Below the pieces are notes generated by a model. It ran no database searches. It saw nothing but the letters and a program-made list of their open reading frames with translations, and was not told where the DNA came from. A stretch of 25,861 nt of DNA from Bacillota bacterium (GTDB lineage Bacteria; Bacillota; Sulfobacillia; JAJZIM01; JAJZBP01). This document shows, piece after piece, positions 23,209 through 25,861 of the stretch. The first letter of the stretch is position 1. Each line of letters begins with the position of its first letter. Position numbers and translations under genes: made by a program. The stretch is from positions 1 through 25,861 of the forward strand of contig JAJZBP010000002.1 of assembly GCA_021798855.1 (NCBI GenBank), written 5' to 3'.

Positions 23209-25861
23209 GTGTGTTGTACGCGGAAATCGACATTTTTCTGGATTGCGGGCCTGATCTTGATTTTCTTCGTCCTGCCCAACCTCATTTCCCTGGCGGCGGG
23301 AGCCATCTGGTTCAAATCGGTCGGCTACGCCGGTGTTTTCTGGACAACCTGGGCGGCCCAATGGGGATTCGGCATCCTGGCGGGCGTCCTGGCCGTCCTG
23401 GTTTTGGGTGGCAACCTGCTGGTGGTGCAACGTCGCTGGCGACGCCTCTACGGGACGGGAGTGGTCATCCCCATCGGCGGGCGGGCGATCCCGGAACAGC
23501 TCCTGCCCCTTTTCCGGGGGGCGTTCCCGCTGGTTGCCACCGGGGTCACCCTTCTCTTTGCTTTCTTCTACGGGTTGGCCGGCTCCAGTTCCTGGCTGAC
23601 CTGGCTCCAGGCCCTCCACGGCGCCGCCACGACCGTAACGGCATCCGCCCACGGACACGGCGCGGCCGCGTCCACCGTCACCGACCCGATTTTTCACCTT
23701 CCCGTCGGCTATTACATGTTCATCCTCCCGGCCCAGATGTCCCTGCAGCGGATCCTCCTGAGCCTGGGTATTTTCGCCCTGCTTCTGACGGCGGGCGGCT
23801 ATTTTCTCCTGTTTTTGGCCGGTGACCAGGACCGCCGAGGGGCCTACCGCCATGGCAGCCTGATCCTGGCGGCGATTCTCTTGGTCTGGGCTTGGGGTGA
23901 CTGGCTGGGGCGACCAAATCTCTTGGTTTCCCAGTCCGGGTATCAGTTCGGCCCCGACTACACGGCCATGCACGCCACCCTTCCCTTTCTCTACGCAAAA
24001 GCGGCCATAGCCTTGGCCGGCGCCGTTTATGTCGCTTGGTGCGGCCTGTCCGGGCGGGCCGCCCTTCGTCCCTCTCTCCTGGCCGGGCCGGTCGTCCTCC
24101 TGGCGGTGGTGGGCATCGCCGGCGGCATTTACGGCGCCGTGCTGCAAAACCTGGTGGTTTCCCCCAACCAGGCCTCCGCCGAACTGCCCTACATCGCCGA
24201 CAGCATCGCCTCCACCAACCGGGCCTACGGCACCAACCGGGTTCAGGTGCGCAACTACCCGGCCAAGGGGAGCGTCACCACGGCCGACCTGTCCGCCGAC
24301 GCCGGAACCATCCGCAACCTGCGGATCATGGATTACCGGCCGCTGCTCAAGGCCTACTCCCAACTGCAGGGTCTGCGTCTTTACTACAATTTTCCCAACA
24401 TCACCCTGGATCGCTACCGACTGGGCGGAAAGGAGACGGAGGTGATCCTGGCGCCGCGGGAACTGGAGCAGAGCCTTCTGCCCACTCAGGCCCAGACCTG
24501 GGTCAACCTGCACGAGAAGTACACCCACGGCTACGGCGTGGTCGTCAGTCCGGTCAACGTCGCCAATTCCCAGGGTGAACCCAAATTCATCGAGCAGAAC
24601 ATCCCGCCGGCGGGGGTTCTCAAAATCACCCGTCCGGAGATTTACTTCGGGCTGGACACCACCAATTGGGTGCTCACCGGCACCAAGGGTGGCGAATTCG
24701 ATTATGCCAAGGGTGGGCAAAACGTCACCAACTACTACCACGGCAAGGACGGCATCGTCCTGACCGGGTGGAACAAACTGGTCTATTCCCTGGCCATGGG
24801 CACCAGCAAATTTTACCTGGATAACGCTCTGACCCCGGCCACCCGCCTCCTCCTGCACCGGCAGATCCAAAACCGCGTCCAGCGGTTGGCCCCCTTCCTG
24901 CAGTACGGTTCCCATCCCTACATGGTGGTCAGCGGGGGCAGGCTCTACTGGATGGTGAACGCCTACACCACCAGCGTCGCCTATCCCTACGCCAATCCCG
25001 AGAGCTTCGGGAACGGCTACGTCAACTACATCCGCAACTCGGTCAAGGTCGTGGTGGACGCCTACAACGGTTCGGTGACCTTCTACCAAATGCCCGGCTC
25101 CGATCCGGTGGCGGCGACCCTCTCCCGCATTTACCCCGGCCTCTTCAAGCCCCTGTCGGCCATGCCGGCCGGATTGCGCCGCCACCTGCGTTACCCCGAG
25201 GATCTTTTCAACCTTCAGGCCACGGTCCTGGAGACCTACCACATGACCGACCCAACGGTCTTCTACAATCAGGAGGACGCCTGGAACCTGACCACCGAAA
25301 CCTACGCCGGCGGCCAACCCCGGTCGGAGTCCTACTACACCATGGTGCGCCTGCCCGGTTCGCGGCGGACGGAAATGATCCTGATGAACTCCTTCACCCC
25401 GGCCAACCGCCAAAACATGGTGGCCTGGCTGGCCGCCCGCATGGACGGGCCCCACTACGGGCAACTGGTCCTGGAGGAGTTCCCCAAGACGCGCCAAGTC
25501 TACGGTCCCATGCAGATCGAAAGCCTGATCCAGCAAAACCCCACCATTTCCCAGGATTTCACCCTCTGGAACCAAAGCGGTTCCCAGGTCATCCAGGGCA
25601 ACCTCCTGGTCATCCCCGTCCACGGCACCCTCCTTTACGTCGAGCCGATTTACCTCCAGGCCACCGGTAACGGCGGCATCCCCGAACTGAAGCGGGTGAT
25701 CGTGGCCAGCACCGACCGGGTGGTCATGAGCAAGACCCTCGGGGGCGCCTTGGCGCAGTTGGTGGGGGCTGCGCCCCCGTCCGGGAGTGGCGGCGGTGCC
25801 ACCCCCAACGCGGCCAGTTCCCCGCTGGCCACCTCGGCCGGCGTGTCTGCGGGGCTGGTCT
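23209..25861 (+). CDS. UPF0182 family membrane protein, 3' end beyond the window
   Basis: Absent from the ORF track because it has no stop in the window. The same frame, checked at several points, gives WFKSVGY..VF, DPIF, TIRNLRIMDYRP, DRY, REL, WVNLHEKYTHGYG, YIRNSVKVVVDAYNG and IPELKRVIVA. GTG 23209 start has a weak SD, so it is uncertain. Confidence 0.92.
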   Translation, partial: MCCTRKSTFFWIAGLILIFFVLPNLISLAAGAIWFKSVGYAGVFWTTWAAQWGFGILAGVLAVLVLGGNLLVVQRRWRRLYGTGVVIPIGGRAIPEQLLPLFRGAFPLVATGVTLLFAFFYGLAGSSSWLTWLQALHGAATTVTASAHGHGAAASTVTDPIFHLPVGYYMFILPAQMSLQRILLSLGIFALLLTAGGYFLLFLAGDQDRRGAYRHGSLILAAILLVWAWGDWLGRPNLLVSQSGYQFGPDYTAMHATLPFLYAKAAIALAGAVYVAWCGLSGRAALRPSLLAGPVVLLAVVGIAGGIYGAVLQNLVVSPNQASAELPYIADSIASTNRAYGTNRVQVRNYPAKGSVTTADLSADAGTIRNLRIMDYRPLLKAYSQLQGLRLYYNFPNITLDRYRLGGKETEVILAPRELEQSLLPTQAQTWVNLHEKYTHGYGVVVSPVNVANSQGEPKFIEQNIPPAGVLKITRPEIYFGLDTTNWVLTGTKGGEFDYAKGGQNVTNYYHGKDGIVLTGWNKLVYSLAMGTSKFYLDNALTPATRLLLHRQIQNRVQRLAPFLQYGSHPYMVVSGGRLYWMVNAYTTSVAYPYANPESFGNGYVNYIRNSVKVVVDAYNGSVTFYQMPGSDPVAATLSRIYPGLFKPLSAMPAGLRRHLRYPEDLFNLQATVLETYHMTDPTVFYNQEDAWNLTTETYAGGQPRSESYYTMVRLPGSRRTEMILMNSFTPANRQNMVAWLAARMDGPHYGQLVLEEFPKTRQVYGPMQIESLIQQNPTISQDFTLWNQSGSQVIQGNLLVIPVHGTLLYVEPIYLQATGNGGIPELKRVIVASTDRVVMSKTLGGALAQLVGAAPPSGSGGGATPNAASSPLATSAGVSAGLV

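Noticed and set aside
23173-25623. 816-aa minus-strand ORF
   Set aside because: Antisense shadow of the UPF0182 gene, which has clear family motifs on the plus strand. The shadow has no recognisable motifs.
1-25861. CRISPR array, rRNA, tRNA, intact transposase, integrase or prophage genes
   Set aside because: No regularly spaced repeat-spacer units or recognisable motifs for any of these were seen.

Overview
This is a chromosomal window from a GC-rich, spore-forming, flagellated Bacillota (Firmicutes) genome. Most of it follows the familiar core order: spoIIID, mbl, flhO/flgF, flhP/flgG, fabZ, metK, then yvyF, flgM, flgN, a fliT-like gene, hpf, secA and prfB (with its programmed +1 frameshift). 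After that comes a probable pyruvylated secondary cell-wall polysaccharide locus (tagA-like, yitT, divergent murJ, GT4-CsaB fusion, two DUF4330 genes, GT2, O-antigen ligase/polymerase-like) and a UPF0182 gene cut off by the window end. Four things are not explained by that annotation. (1) Two paralogous 43-aa and 38-aa Gly-rich membrane microproteins, missing from the ORF track, lie upstream of spoIIID, each with its own SD and terminator. (2) A ~690-bp non-coding block before hpf holds a same-orientation DnaA-box cluster bracketed by five Spo0A boxes, with an inverted repeat enclosing part of it, next to an orphan DUF6788 gene. (3) The flagellar late-gene cluster is reduced to regulator and chaperone genes. 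(4) prfB apparently starts at CUG. A short patch of secA looks like consensus error. All family assignments come from motif recognition by eye, with no database search.
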